64,000 bases of DNA from Candidatus Poribacteria bacterium (GTDB lineage: Bacteria; Poribacteria; WGA-4E; WGA-3G). The stretch spans positions 160,001 through 224,000 of the forward strand of contig CAXXLX010000002.1 of the NCBI GenBank assembly GCA_963665235.2. Direction: 5' to 3'. Position numbers and translations under genes: made by a program. The first letter of the stretch is position 1. Every line of letters begins with the position of its first letter. This document shows, piece by piece, positions 19,883 through 30,602 of this stretch. Below the pieces are notes generated by a model. It searched no databases. It was not told the DNA's origin and worked only from the letters and a program-made list of their open reading frames with translations.

Positions 19883-20655
19883 TAGAACCGGACCTTTTTT
19901 GCGTCCTGGTCTCGAACACCAGCGAGGACATGCCATTCGTTATCGTTCAGAAAATCTGCTGAGCTGACCCCGGCACTGTTGGCGCGTCCCTTATCCCGAA
20001 GATTAAACCCCATTCTGCCGCGCGCTGCCGCATTGTCACCGCTGACCGAGAGCATCCATAACGCATCGGTGCCCTGACGATAGTTGCCGACAATTCCATC
20101 GTTCTTTGTCGGCTGATCATCTGTTTTTACCCATGCCTGCACTGTCAATGAATCCCCCGTAGAAAAGGTGATAGAATTTGCCAACGGCACCTCAACAAAG
20201 TCATCTTGACCATCAAACTCCAACGCTTCGCCGTACTTTCCCGGGACAGTCTTTGCGTTGCCGTTAATCGTTCCATCATTGCCCTTTCCAGATTGGTCTT
20301 TCGCGGTATTACCTTGAATAGTGTTCCTGTCGAAACTCAGATATAATACCAATCCATTTGTTGGGTTGGCATCACTCTGCGGTGTGAAGCTAATGGACAT
20401 AGCGATTACTGCGAAAATCACAAATACTCTTTTTATCATAAGAAACTCCTTATCAAATGCTACTGTGGCAGATAGAAAATCTTTCCAGCGGCGCACATTT
20501 TAGTTTGTTTTGATGATAACAGATTTGGGCGAAACTGTCAAGAAAAAAGAAGCACACAATGCCATTGCTCTTAGCCCCATCCAGGCGATATGTTTATAGA
20601 AGAACAACACCCTTTGTACTTATGTCTCACTTTATCGTGTAGGCAGCCCAACACA

Positions 20656-21331
20656 TTACCACTCTATATCCTCCATGGATTGCACCTCTAACGCCTGTGT
20701 GTGGATTGAATCTAGACGTTGGAGACTGTGCATTCTGCCGATTTTACGGGTGAGGGTATCCGGAACATCGCCAAAACGGAAATGTAGCTCATTGGCGATT
20801 AGCAAATGGCGATTAGCAATTAGCAAGAGGTTTGTGATTCTAAGAACATATCCGAAGCGTGTCAGAGACCTCTTTCTCTTGCCAACAGCCAACAGCCAAC
20901 AGCCATAAGCCAATTTAGCAAATGGCAATTAGCGATTAGCAATTAGCAAGAGGTTTATGATTCTAAACACATATCTGAAGCGCGTCAGAGACCTCTTTCT
21001 CTTGCCAATAGCCATAAGCCAATAGCCATAAGCCAATAACCATAAGAATATGGATTATGACTTCATCGGTTTTATCTGCTGTTTGAAAAGGCGCGCGATA
21101 CAAAATATCCGCTTCGCGTTCCCGTAAGTCTCTCGGAATGAAGCTCGTGCTAAGCCGCTCAAGCCCGCTAAAGTTGATACGTGGGGCAAGGTCGGGGGCA
21201 GCAATCTCTACCAACCCCTGGACGTTTTCCGGTCTTTGAAACAACAGACGCAGGCTTCTGTCTGAAAAGTGTGCAACCTTTCCGCCAAGTAAATCATTGA
21301 GACCGTTCGTCTCTTTCGTTTCCTCTGCCAT
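20656..21331 (-). pseudogene. Rpn/YhgA-like nuclease, middle deleted and replaced by two repeat elements
   Basis: N-terminal DRSLR...SFIP.DLREREADILY; C-terminal RFGDVP tail; repeats at about 20790-21043. Confidence 0.75.
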
Positions 21332-21535
21332 TTTCCTTCTCAGTTCTTTTGGAATTAAACAGTATCGTCAAGTAAAACAGACAAGTTTAGTATAACACAA
21401 TTTGGCGATTAGCAATTAGCAAGAGGTTTGTGATTCTAAACACATATCTGAAGCGCGGCAGAGGCCTCTTTCTCTGGTTTCCAATAGTTTCCAATAGCTA
21501 ACAGCCATCTTCGGATTTTACGCCGTTCAATCTAA

Positions 21536-21647
21536 TACCATTTTTATTAATTATTCTACCATTACCAGTTGTTAGAAATGAAACGGAGAACGGCACAAAC
21601 TGGAAGTTTATGCTACAAGAAAGAGACATTTTCAATTAGAAATGGTA
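21536..21647. mobile_element. MITE family B copy (one REP)
   Basis: TACCATT...AATGGTA ends, TAA on both flanks. Confidence 0.8.
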
Positions 21648-22029
21648 TAACATACAAGCACAGTGCGTTAAAACAGACAAGTTTAGTATAACACAATTTG
21701 GCGATTAGCGATTGGCAAATAGCAATTAGCAAGAGGTTTATGATTCTAAGCACATATCTCACGCGCGTCAGAGCTCTCTAGCCAATAACCAACAGCAATT
21801 GTCGGATTGGACTCCGTTCAATCCGACATACAAGGACAGCTAGGTAGCACAGTGCGTTAAAACAGACAAGTTTAGTATAACACAATTTGACAACACATGG
21901 CAAACTTTTTTTGCTGAGTGCTTGCGAAAATTTTTACTTGACTGCCATTGCAAAATTATGCTAAACTTTAATCAAGAAGATACCTCACAGTTTTTCAACC
22001 GAAATCCAACTTAGCGGAGCCGCTCTATT

Positions 22030-22970
22030 ATGCCCACACTTGACTTCAAAGGAAAACAGCACATCTACGCGCATCACCTCACCGTCCCCTACCGGCCCCT
22101 CGAACCTGACGAAACCCGTTCCTGCAACCCGACCGATACAGACGATAACCTTATCATTCACGGTGACAATCTACATGCGCTCAAAGCATTACTCCCGCGT
22201 TATGCAAACCGTATTAAGTGCATCTACATCGACCCACCCTATAACACCGGCAACGAGGGATGGGTCTATAATGACAACGTCAACAGCCCACTGATGCAGC
22301 AATGGCTTACGGAGAACGCACCCGTTGACAACGAAGACATGGAACGGCATGAAAAATGGCTTTGCATAGTGAAGTGGAACAGCAGGCAGAACGGGTCTTT
22401 CGGAGAAAACTGGAGCAGGGGGTAATCCGTTTCGACTTAGAAACGCAGGAACCTAACTACCAGATGGTAGACAGCTATGAGATACAGGTGCATCCCAATG
22501 ACAGACAACTCGAAAGGTATGGAAACCCCGTACAGCTTAGTCTGTTTGAGAAGGTATTTGACCAACAATTTGATAACGAATTGGAAAAGAAATTTGCGTA
22601 CTATCTTGATGAGGAGAAAGCATTGCAATGGTGGTATCGGGTCGCCGCGCGTCAACGTGGTGAGTACTACGTGCAGGGATGGAAACAGGGACGTATTTAT
22701 CCCGACTTCGTTGCAATGACGCGAGAGATTGTTGGCACAACGCGCGTCCTGATTTTTGAAACGAAAGGAGAACATCTCGGCGGCAACCCTGATACTGAGT
22801 ACAAGCAGAAAGTGTTGGAAACCCTTGAGGGCGCGTTTAATACCGCCGGGAGGATGGTAATCCGGGACGGACCTAGACGGCAAGGCATCTTTGAACTAGT
22901 ATTCAACGAGCAGCAATTTCTAGAAATCTCTGCCCGGTTGAATGCAGATGGCTACTCTGTGGAAGGTTAG
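22030..22970 (+). pseudogene. Type III R-M remnant: mod 5' end fused out of frame to res 3' end
   Basis: HGDNL..LKAL, IYIDPPYNTG, HEKWLC, then Res motifs YPDF and ETKG. Confidence 0.85.
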
Positions 22971-23151
22971 CGTTCAGCACCGTTTTCTGCCCAAGGAAAT
23001 GTCCAAGACACAAAATCATTTTCCGTGTCCTCTGTGTCCTCCGTGCCTTCCGCGATTTGCGGCGTACTCGCCCAAATGCGACGTGCATTCTGACAACACA
23101 CGCGAAATCCACTCTTCCACTCTTCCATCCTTCCCGCTATCATAGTACAAA

Positions 23152-23305
23152 AACGTGAGCTTGATAATAAATATCCGTTTGCTCTAAACCTTTTTCATCG
23201 CGAAAAAAGCGGAATAATTGTAGCATAAACTTCCTAGTTTGTGCAGTTTTTTGCTAAAACTACCAGAGAACGCTCTAGGTCAAAACTTTTTTTCAAACTC
23301 GCGTT
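23152..23305. mobile_element. MITE family A copy inserted in a family D end
   Basis: Same TIRs, ACAAA duplicated. Confidence 0.8.
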
Positions 23306-23433
23306 ACAAAAACTTTACGCACCCTATTGACAACAACGTTCAAATAGAGTATCATGAGAGTAATACAAATTTCTGAAACAGCGAAAAACGCTTAGACGTT
23401 TTTCGTACCTATTGAAAGCGAAAGGATACACCC

Positions 23434-24264
23434 ATGGCTATTACGGATGCAATGCCGGAACTCAAGCGTAAACTTCAATTCTTCCCGGTTCAAAACGAAA
23501 ATCCTGCAACGTTAACGTCTGCACAAATCCAACACTTCAACGAGAACGGTTTTATCTGTCCCTTAGATGTCTTTTCTGAAACCGAAATCTCGGAACACCG
23601 CGCCTATTTCGACCAGCTCATGGAGAAAGCGATGGCAGCCGGATGGAACAGTTATTCCATCAACGGATGGCAAACCCACTGCACCGGCATCTACGCCCTC
23701 ATTCACGAAGATAGGATATTGGATTACGTGCAAGACCTGCTCGGCGAAACCCTTATCTGCTGGGCAACCCATTACTTCTGCAAACTCCCCGGTGAGGAAC
23801 AGCAGGTCAGCTGGCATCAGGATGCCTCTTACTGGCCCCTCTCACCGAGCAAAACCGTCACCGTCTGGCTTGCAATTGATGACGCATCGGTTGAAAACGG
23901 GGCGATGACCGTTATTCCCAAATCACATCTGCACGGGCAGATAGCATTTGAACGCAGCACTGCCGAAGAAAAGAACGTGCTAAGCCAGACAGTTCACACC
24001 CCAGAACAGTATGGGGATACCCCTGTCCCGTTCGAAATGAAAGCCGGTCAAATCTCTCTACACTCCGACCTGTTATTGCACGGGTCAGAACCGAATACCT
24101 CCGATCGGCGACGATGTGGATTGACGATGCGATTTGTACCACCAGATGTCCGAGCCGCCAATAGTTGGAATCAACGCGCTATTATTCCAAGAGGCAGCGA
24201 CCCAGATGAACATTGGGTTCACGTCCCACGTCCCGCTGAGGATACCATACCCGAAAGGCGTTGA
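23434..24264 (+). CDS. PhyH family dioxygenase
   Basis: WHQDASYW and LHGS.PN.S.RRR motifs. Confidence 0.9.
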   Translation: MAITDAMPELKRKLQFFPVQNENPATLTSAQIQHFNENGFICPLDVFSETEISEHRAYFDQLMEKAMAAGWNSYSINGWQTHCTGIYALIHEDRILDYVQDLLGETLICWATHYFCKLPGEEQQVSWHQDASYWPLSPSKTVTVWLAIDDASVENGAMTVIPKSHLHGQIAFERSTAEEKNVLSQTVHTPEQYGDTPVPFEMKAGQISLHSDLLLHGSEPNTSDRRRCGLTMRFVPPDVRAANSWNQRAIIPRGSDPDEHWVHVPRPAEDTIPERR

Positions 24265-24333
24265 CAACCCGTAGAAAAATAACCGGTACCCTTTACGGAA
24301 TGCCGCTCTCTACAGAAAAGCGAGCACTTTTTC

Positions 24334-25557
24334 ATGTTTCCAAGACGTATCATTTTCGCCGCCATTGCAATCTCCGCCGCCGCAAGTTGTCTGCTGTGCG
24401 GTTACGAGTTCATCCGGGCTGTCTCCAATTCTATATTCATTACGTACTACACCTCGGAGAATCTGCCACGCGTTATGGTAGCAGTCCCCCCGGGCGTTCT
24501 TTTGATTCTCTATATTTACGGTCGTCTACTTTCGCGGGTAGGAGCGACACGGACCCTCGTAATCACCTCTATCCTATCCGCTGTGTTAATCTTTGTGTGC
24601 TATTTGGGACTTTCAAGGGGTCTGCGTTTCGCTGCTGCAATTATTTATGTTTTTCGTGAGGCGTATATTGTGCTGATTCTTGAACAATTTTGGTCGTTCG
24701 TCAATAGCACGCTCACATCTCGGCAGGCAAAAACCATTAACGGTCCCTTTTGTGCGGTTGCCTCGGTCGGTTCGGTTGTAGGCGGTCTACTTGTTAGCAG
24801 ATGGGCGGAACCCTTAGGCACTCAAACTCTACTGTTGTTCACAGCAGGCTCCTTAATACCCGCAGCATTTTTTGGCGTTATCGCTTACAACCTCGCTGGC
24901 GAACCGAAACCGTCTGCCGCTGAAGAAGGAGGAAAACTTGGACATCTCGGTCTCAAAACCTTTTTCCGTTCCAGATATCTTCTTTTTATCGCACTGCTTA
25001 TCTTAAGCACCCAAGCCATGTCAACTGTCCTGGATCTTCGATTCAATGGGCTGGTCGAAGGGCAAATAGCTGAAGAAGACACGCGGACCGCGTATTACGG
25101 TAATTTTTATGCGGCACTCGGTGCAATCTCCGCTATTCTGCAACTCATTGTTGTGCCGCTCGCGCTTCGATTTATCTCCATACGAATTATACATATCGGG
25201 ATACCGGTAGTCCATCTGCTCAGTGGACTTTTTCTCACACTTAAGCCTTCGCTCCGTGCTGGCGCGTCCGCGTATCTAACGTTCAAAGCCCTTGACTATT
25301 CGCTCTTTCGTGCGGCAAAAGAATTATTTTACATGCCGCTTTCCTACGATGAAAGATACCGGGCAAAACAGATTATCGATTCGTTCGTATACCGATTCGC
25401 CAAAGGCGGCAGTGCAGGGGTCATTGTATTGATAAAGCTAGGCGTAAAAACAGTTCCCGGCGCAGCGTTCTCCATTACAGCAATGGTGCTAGCAGGTTTA
25501 TGGGGCGGAATCGTTTCCAATCTAACATCACGTTATCAAAAATTGGAAAAAAACTAA
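24334..25557 (+). CDS. MFS transporter, TLC/Npt (ADP/ATP carrier)-like
   Basis: About 12 TMs; QFWSF and KALDYSLFRAAKELFYMPL..ERYRAK.IID motifs. Confidence 0.7.
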   Translation: MFPRRIIFAAIAISAAASCLLCGYEFIRAVSNSIFITYYTSENLPRVMVAVPPGVLLILYIYGRLLSRVGATRTLVITSILSAVLIFVCYLGLSRGLRFAAAIIYVFREAYIVLILEQFWSFVNSTLTSRQAKTINGPFCAVASVGSVVGGLLVSRWAEPLGTQTLLLFTAGSLIPAAFFGVIAYNLAGEPKPSAAEEGGKLGHLGLKTFFRSRYLLFIALLILSTQAMSTVLDLRFNGLVEGQIAEEDTRTAYYGNFYAALGAISAILQLIVVPLALRFISIRIIHIGIPVVHLLSGLFLTLKPSLRAGASAYLTFKALDYSLFRAAKELFYMPLSYDERYRAKQIIDSFVYRFAKGGSAGVIVLIKLGVKTVPGAAFSITAMVLAGLWGGIVSNLTSRYQKLEKN

Positions 25558-25704
25558 AAAAACACTTGACAATAACGTTTGTTTTGTGTAAAATATAATT
25601 AGTAAGAGCTTCTGATGCATTTCAGAGATATAATTAGAATCACAAATTCTTGCCAATTGCCAATTGCTAATAGAGAATTCACGGTGAAAAGGAGGGCGAA
25701 GTTA

Positions 25705-26475
25705 ATGACATATCAAATTTTGACAAACGGACAAACGAAATACGCCTGCTTTGGCATACTCATCTTAATCAGTGCCTTGGTAGCAGGGTGTGCAATCACC
25801 CCGCGGCCCTCTGTGGAAATCTACATAGCACCGATTGAAGGGCACCCGAATGCCAAGGTGAATGCTGAAACAGGGGCTGTAACTGTCCAACAGAAGGGCG
25901 TTGCCGTTACCCTTGAACCCCTCGATGAGGTAGAGCTATTCGCGCTCACCGATAACCCGCGCATGAACCCCTATCTTTTTGTCAGGGGAAATGGGGCTGT
26001 TGAGCCTATCTACACCGTTTTTGAAGTGACAGTCCATAATTTGGACACCCCACGGGTCTTAGCCGATGATGCCGCGGTGCTCATCGATGCGAACGGGGCA
26101 CAATACGGAAACCTACCGTACGATTACTTCGAAGCCCTCTACGATAATCTAGAATCCCCTCAGCACCCTTCCACTACAATAGCACCTTATCCGAATTACT
26201 ATCCTACCTTCCAAAGATATTATCCTTACTATCAAACGTACCTGGATGTCGCAGCTTTGGAGGTAGGCCGGGACGTAGTGCAAGCGAGTCTCTTTACGAG
26301 TGGGAAGTTGTTCCCGGGGGCAAAACGGCGGGGGCTCTTAATCTTCGACCGGCTTAACATGGACGCGACGGAGCTCAAGGTTATTTTACCCGAAATCCGC
26401 ATCGTCCGTTCAAATGGGAAGCAAGATAAATTGACGTTTAAATTTGACTTTAGGCAAGTCATTGTTGAAAAATAG
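25705..26475 (+). CDS. Hypothetical lipoprotein
   Basis: AGGAGG RBS, lipobox VAGC. Confidence 0.65.
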   Translation: MTYQILTNGQTKYACFGILILISALVAGCAITPRPSVEIYIAPIEGHPNAKVNAETGAVTVQQKGVAVTLEPLDEVELFALTDNPRMNPYLFVRGNGAVEPIYTVFEVTVHNLDTPRVLADDAAVLIDANGAQYGNLPYDYFEALYDNLESPQHPSTTIAPYPNYYPTFQRYYPYYQTYLDVAALEVGRDVVQASLFTSGKLFPGAKRRGLLIFDRLNMDATELKVILPEIRIVRSNGKQDKLTFKFDFRQVIVEK

Positions 26476-26510
26476 TGCGAACCTTAGATAATAAAGGGAG
26501 GATGTGTAAA

Positions 26511-27668
26511 ATGAGAAATGGGTTTATAGGATTGTTGCTAATATTAATAGGGTTTTTACCCATATTGGGATGTCAGCAAGAGTTAAAAGTTGCTGTCGCG
26601 GGCCCCTTTACCGGCAATTCCGCTGCATTCGGAGAGATGATTCAGCGCGGTGCCGAGCTAAAGGCGAAAGAGATTAATGCCGCTGGCGGGATTCAGGGAA
26701 TAAAACTAGAACTTGTCTTTAAAGATGACGAAGGCAGGTCCACGGTGGCTGGCAATGTTGCAACTGACATCGCCACTAATCCTCAATTCCTTGCCGTTGT
26801 CGGGCATTTTAACAGTGCATGCTCTTTGGCGGGTAAACCAATTTATATGCGGAACGGTATTGTCGAATTATCCCCAGGCTCAACAAATGTGACCGTCTGT
26901 GAAGGAAGTGATTGGACATTCCGGAATTTGTACCGAGACGATTTTCAGGGGCAATTTATTGCCAGATATCTCAAAAAGTTTTTTCCAGACAAACAAAACG
27001 TCGCTGTTCTGTTCGAAAACGATGATTACGGCAGAGGACTCAAAAACTCGTTTACTGCCGAAGCGGAAGCAATAGGACTCAACATGGTTGCCTCCAAGGC
27101 TTATGACCGCGATAATACCGATTTTAAAACACAACTCACCAGCATTAAGGGGGAAAACCCCGATGTTATCTTTATCTCAGGCCTCTATAGCCAAGCAGCA
27201 TTAATCGTTAAGCAGGCTCGGGAGGTTGGTATTAAAGCGATGTTTTTCGGAGCAGATGGCGTAGACTCAGAAGATTTTATCAAAAATGCAGAGGGGGCCG
27301 CAGAGGGAACTTACATCACAACGCCTTTCACCTTCGGTGCCGGTGGAGAAGAGGCACAGAAAGTTGCACAGGCTTTTGAAGCCGAATACGGAAGAGCTCC
27401 CGACACCTGGGCCGCCCTCTCTTACGATGCTGTTGGCATGATTGCCGAAGCTCTTGAAAAGACATACAACCAAGACGCAACGACCGCCGAAAATAGAGAA
27501 GCCATCAGAGACCATCTCGCATCCCTCGACACGCCTGAAGAAGGATACCAAGGTATTACGGGATTAACCTATTTTGACAGAAACGGGGATACTGTTGACA
27601 AACCCGCCTACGTCAAAATTGTCAAGGATGGCAAATTTACGGCCGCACCGCAGCAATACGGTGAATAA
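26511..27668 (+). CDS. livK: Branched-chain amino acid ABC substrate-binding protein
   Basis: GPFTG, EINAAGG, VVGHFNS, YDA motifs. Confidence 0.88.
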   Translation: MRNGFIGLLLILIGFLPILGCQQELKVAVAGPFTGNSAAFGEMIQRGAELKAKEINAAGGIQGIKLELVFKDDEGRSTVAGNVATDIATNPQFLAVVGHFNSACSLAGKPIYMRNGIVELSPGSTNVTVCEGSDWTFRNLYRDDFQGQFIARYLKKFFPDKQNVAVLFENDDYGRGLKNSFTAEAEAIGLNMVASKAYDRDNTDFKTQLTSIKGENPDVIFISGLYSQAALIVKQAREVGIKAMFFGADGVDSEDFIKNAEGAAEGTYITTPFTFGAGGEEAQKVAQAFEAEYGRAPDTWAALSYDAVGMIAEALEKTYNQDATTAENREAIRDHLASLDTPEEGYQGITGLTYFDRNGDTVDKPAYVKIVKDGKFTAAPQQYGE

Positions 27669-27731
27669 CTGGGGACGTGCCAAACTACGGAAATAGCATA
27701 TCGGTCACCCCGGCTACGATATGCTATTTTC

Positions 27732-28378
27732 ACCTAAGTTGCCACCTTTGTAGCATAATCTTCCAGATTGTGCACATAGTAGCATAATCTTCATGAAGAT
27801 TAATTTATTAATTCGGTAATAATCCGACATAGCGTAGCAATGCTTGTGAGCCGCCTCTAAACTGTGTCATAAAGTCAAGCACCTTGTCTTTGAGGGTCTC
27901 CCAGATTGTGCATAACATGCACTATTTCAATCGGGAGTTTTGTACCGATTTTCTCGGAAAGTTTTCCGGTCCAATTCGGCGGGGTCATAATCTTCCAGAT
28001 TGTGCACATAGTAGCATAATCTTCCAGATTGTGCACATAGTAGCATAATCTTCCAGATTGTGCACATAGTAGCATAATCTCGCTTCTTTAGCAGCCCTTT
28101 CTTTGTGTGGAGAAGTTTCGAAGATAAGCGGGTTCCCCTGTATCGCGGAGTTCAATCAGTCTTTGGCGTTCATCTTTACTGAGTTCAAGATTGTGCACAT
28201 AGTAGCATAATCTTCCAGATTGTGCACATAGTAGCATAATCTTCCAGATTGTGCACATAGTAGCATAATCTTCCAGATTGTGCACATAGTAGCATAATCT
28301 TCCAGATTGTGCATATTTGTGTGCAAACCGGAAGGGAACGGGACAAAGTCTAAAAACTTATAAGTAGCAAATTGGGTT
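27732..28378 (-). mobile_element. IS630-like fossil: three transposase fragments joined by 29-bp REP arrays
   Basis: Imperfect TIRs (12/16); collinear fragments LELSKDERQRL..YLR, TPPNW..LPIEIV, WETLK..LLRYVGLLPN*. Confidence 0.72.
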
Positions 28379-28542
28379 ATGTAGCATAATCTGCCAGAAT
28401 TAGCATAAGGTGATTAGCAAATAGCAAGACAAAGAAAGATAAGACGCGCGTCAAAGATATTGTCCGCGTCAGAGACTTCTGGTCTCCAACAGTTTCCAAC
28501 GGTTTCCAATAGCCAACAACCATTGAAGGATAAGCGTGAATT

Positions 28543-29442
28543 ATGGGGTCAGAACTTTTAGAACAAATTATTAACGGGTTAGTGCAGGGGGGCATTTATG
28601 CCCTTATCGCTGTCGGTTACACGATGGTCTACGGGATTATCCAGTTGATTAATTTCGCCCATGGTGAAATCTTCATGCTCGGTGCCTACTTTGCACTAAT
28701 CCTTGTGACGTTTTTCGCTCTTCCTTTTTGGGTGGCCATACCGGTTAGCATGACTTTATGTGCCGGAATCGGTATATTAATGGATGTTATTGCCTATCGA
28801 CCGCTACGGAATGCCCCCCGATTGTCCGCCCTAATTACGGCTATAGGGCTGTCAATCGGAATGCAGAACCTCGTGCGGATGATAGGGACCGCGAGGCATC
28901 GGACCTTTCCGCGGGAATCCCTCCCCTCTATTTTTTTGAGTGAAAACGCCCTTTCCCTTCCAGGGGGCGCCGACTTACCTTACCGTGATGTCGTTATCAT
29001 TCTGCTCGCTATTCTACTCATGGTCGGTTTAAACCTGCTGGTTCACTTCACTAAAACAGGGAAAGCGATGCGTGCTTGTGCACAAAACAAAGTCGCTTCC
29101 AATCTCATGGGTATCAAGACGAATCAGGTCATAGCCGTAACGTTTGCAATCGGGTCCGCGCTAGGCGCGGTGGCTGGTATAATGGTGGGACTACGCGAGA
29201 CTATCGAACCGATGATGGGGTACTATAAGGGGGTTGCCGCATTTGCTGCGGCGGTCCTCGGTGGAATTGGAAGTATCACAGGCGCAATCCTCGGCGGTGT
29301 CTTGATAGGACTTGCTGAAGCACTCGGCGCAGGTTATATATCTTCGGGATACCGGATAGCTATCGCCTATATCATCATGATAGTTGTCATTTTGATACGT
29401 CCCTCAGGAATAATCGGAAAATCAACCGCATCTCGTGCCTAG
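28543..29442 (+). CDS. livH: BCAA ABC permease
   Basis: YALIAVGYTMVYG..INFAHG, G.AMRA, VLGGIGS. Confidence 0.92.
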   Translation: MGSELLEQIINGLVQGGIYALIAVGYTMVYGIIQLINFAHGEIFMLGAYFALILVTFFALPFWVAIPVSMTLCAGIGILMDVIAYRPLRNAPRLSALITAIGLSIGMQNLVRMIGTARHRTFPRESLPSIFLSENALSLPGGADLPYRDVVIILLAILLMVGLNLLVHFTKTGKAMRACAQNKVASNLMGIKTNQVIAVTFAIGSALGAVAGIMVGLRETIEPMMGYYKGVAAFAAAVLGGIGSITGAILGGVLIGLAEALGAGYISSGYRIAIAYIIMIVVILIRPSGIIGKSTASRA

Positions 29443-29459
29443 TCTGTTCAGGTGTTCTT

Positions 29460-30485
29460 ATGTTAAAAAGAATGGTTCAAGAAAATTTGACCACCAAAAA
29501 CCTCACGCTCTTTTTAATTATACTGCTCTTCCCACTACTGATGGTCGGTCTAGACGCCATTGCTAAGATGTTGTTAAGTACTTATCGTGTTTCCCTGCCG
29601 GTCAGTGGTGGCTTGCTGCTCCGCATCGCTGTGCTTGTATGGCTTTCTATTCTGCTTTCTATCGGCTTGAACATCGTTTGCGGATTTACCGGGCTGTTAG
29701 ACCTCGGATATGTTGGGTTTTACCTCGTCGGGGGATACACCGCAGGGATTTTAATGACACGGTTCGGTTGGAGCTATTGGTTTGTCCTCCCACTTGCTAC
29801 GCTGAACGGTGCCTTGTGGGGGTTATTACGAGGTGTCCCAACCTTACGGCTCACCGGCGATTATTTTGCTATTGTAACCTTCGGGTTTGCAGAGCTCCTT
29901 TTTCGCTTCGTCAAAAACGAAGAATGGTTATTACCTGCAGGTAGAGTTAACGGACAAATTAACGATGTCCCCGCGCCAACGCTTTTCGGTATAAATCTCG
30001 ATCAGATGTGGCACCACTACTATCATATTTTGATTTTGGTTGGCTTAGTGACGTTTGTGACGTATCGCTTACTCCATTCGCGTGTCGGAAGAGCCTGGGT
30101 CGCTATCCGCGAAGATGAACAAGCCGCTGAAAGTATGGGAATTAATGTGAGTCGATATAAATCGTTGGCGTTCGCTGTCAGTGCAGCTATTGGCGCGCTC
30201 GCCGGGGCATTTTTTGCGCCCTTCCAGGTCAGTTTTGACGCAAATGCTTTTGAATTCTGGCAATCTATTCTCATTCTGTGTATGGTCGTACTCGGCGGTA
30301 TGGGGAGTATAAAAGGCGCGATTATAGGCGGGGCTGTCCTCGGCTCTTTAGGTGAAGTTCTGCGCGCAATTCTTTCGGCCTTGTCCTTGTACTTCTTAGC
30401 GGATGCACGCTACCTCATCTTCGGTATTATCCTAGTTTTGCTGATGCGTTTCCGTCCCGGTGGGCTGATTTACAAGAAGGCTTGA
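29460..30485 (+). CDS. livM: BCAA ABC permease
   Basis: GLLDLG, LRL.GDY.AIVT, GRAW.AIREDE.AA. Confidence 0.92.
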   Translation: MLKRMVQENLTTKNLTLFLIILLFPLLMVGLDAIAKMLLSTYRVSLPVSGGLLLRIAVLVWLSILLSIGLNIVCGFTGLLDLGYVGFYLVGGYTAGILMTRFGWSYWFVLPLATLNGALWGLLRGVPTLRLTGDYFAIVTFGFAELLFRFVKNEEWLLPAGRVNGQINDVPAPTLFGINLDQMWHHYYHILILVGLVTFVTYRLLHSRVGRAWVAIREDEQAAESMGINVSRYKSLAFAVSAAIGALAGAFFAPFQVSFDANAFEFWQSILILCMVVLGGMGSIKGAIIGGAVLGSLGEVLRAILSALSLYFLADARYLIFGIILVLLMRFRPGGLIYKKA

Positions 30486-30602
30486 ATTCGGCATCTCACT
30501 TCTATCTTCCTATCTTCTGTAGGAGCGTGCTGTGCACGCGACCTCTTCTGTAGGACCGTGCTGCTTATCCCAATACCGAAAAAACGTTATAACCCGGCAC
30601 GC

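Larger units (their letters stand above)
18381..20439 (-). pseudogene. LamG-domain secreted protein interrupted by the isrB element
   Basis: 20439-19863 plus 18601-18381 rejoin to an in-frame 265-aa ORF (FYVDGKLI-N-EVDD...KLTTTWGTIK). Confidence 0.88.

Noticed and set aside
27750-28312. CRISPR array with captured spacers
   Set aside because: Most units are head-to-tail, and the unique parts are collinear pieces of one transposase
26511-30485. liv cluster lacking ATPases, and split bat genes, as novel systems
   Set aside because: Dispersed operons are common; missing partners may lie elsewhere
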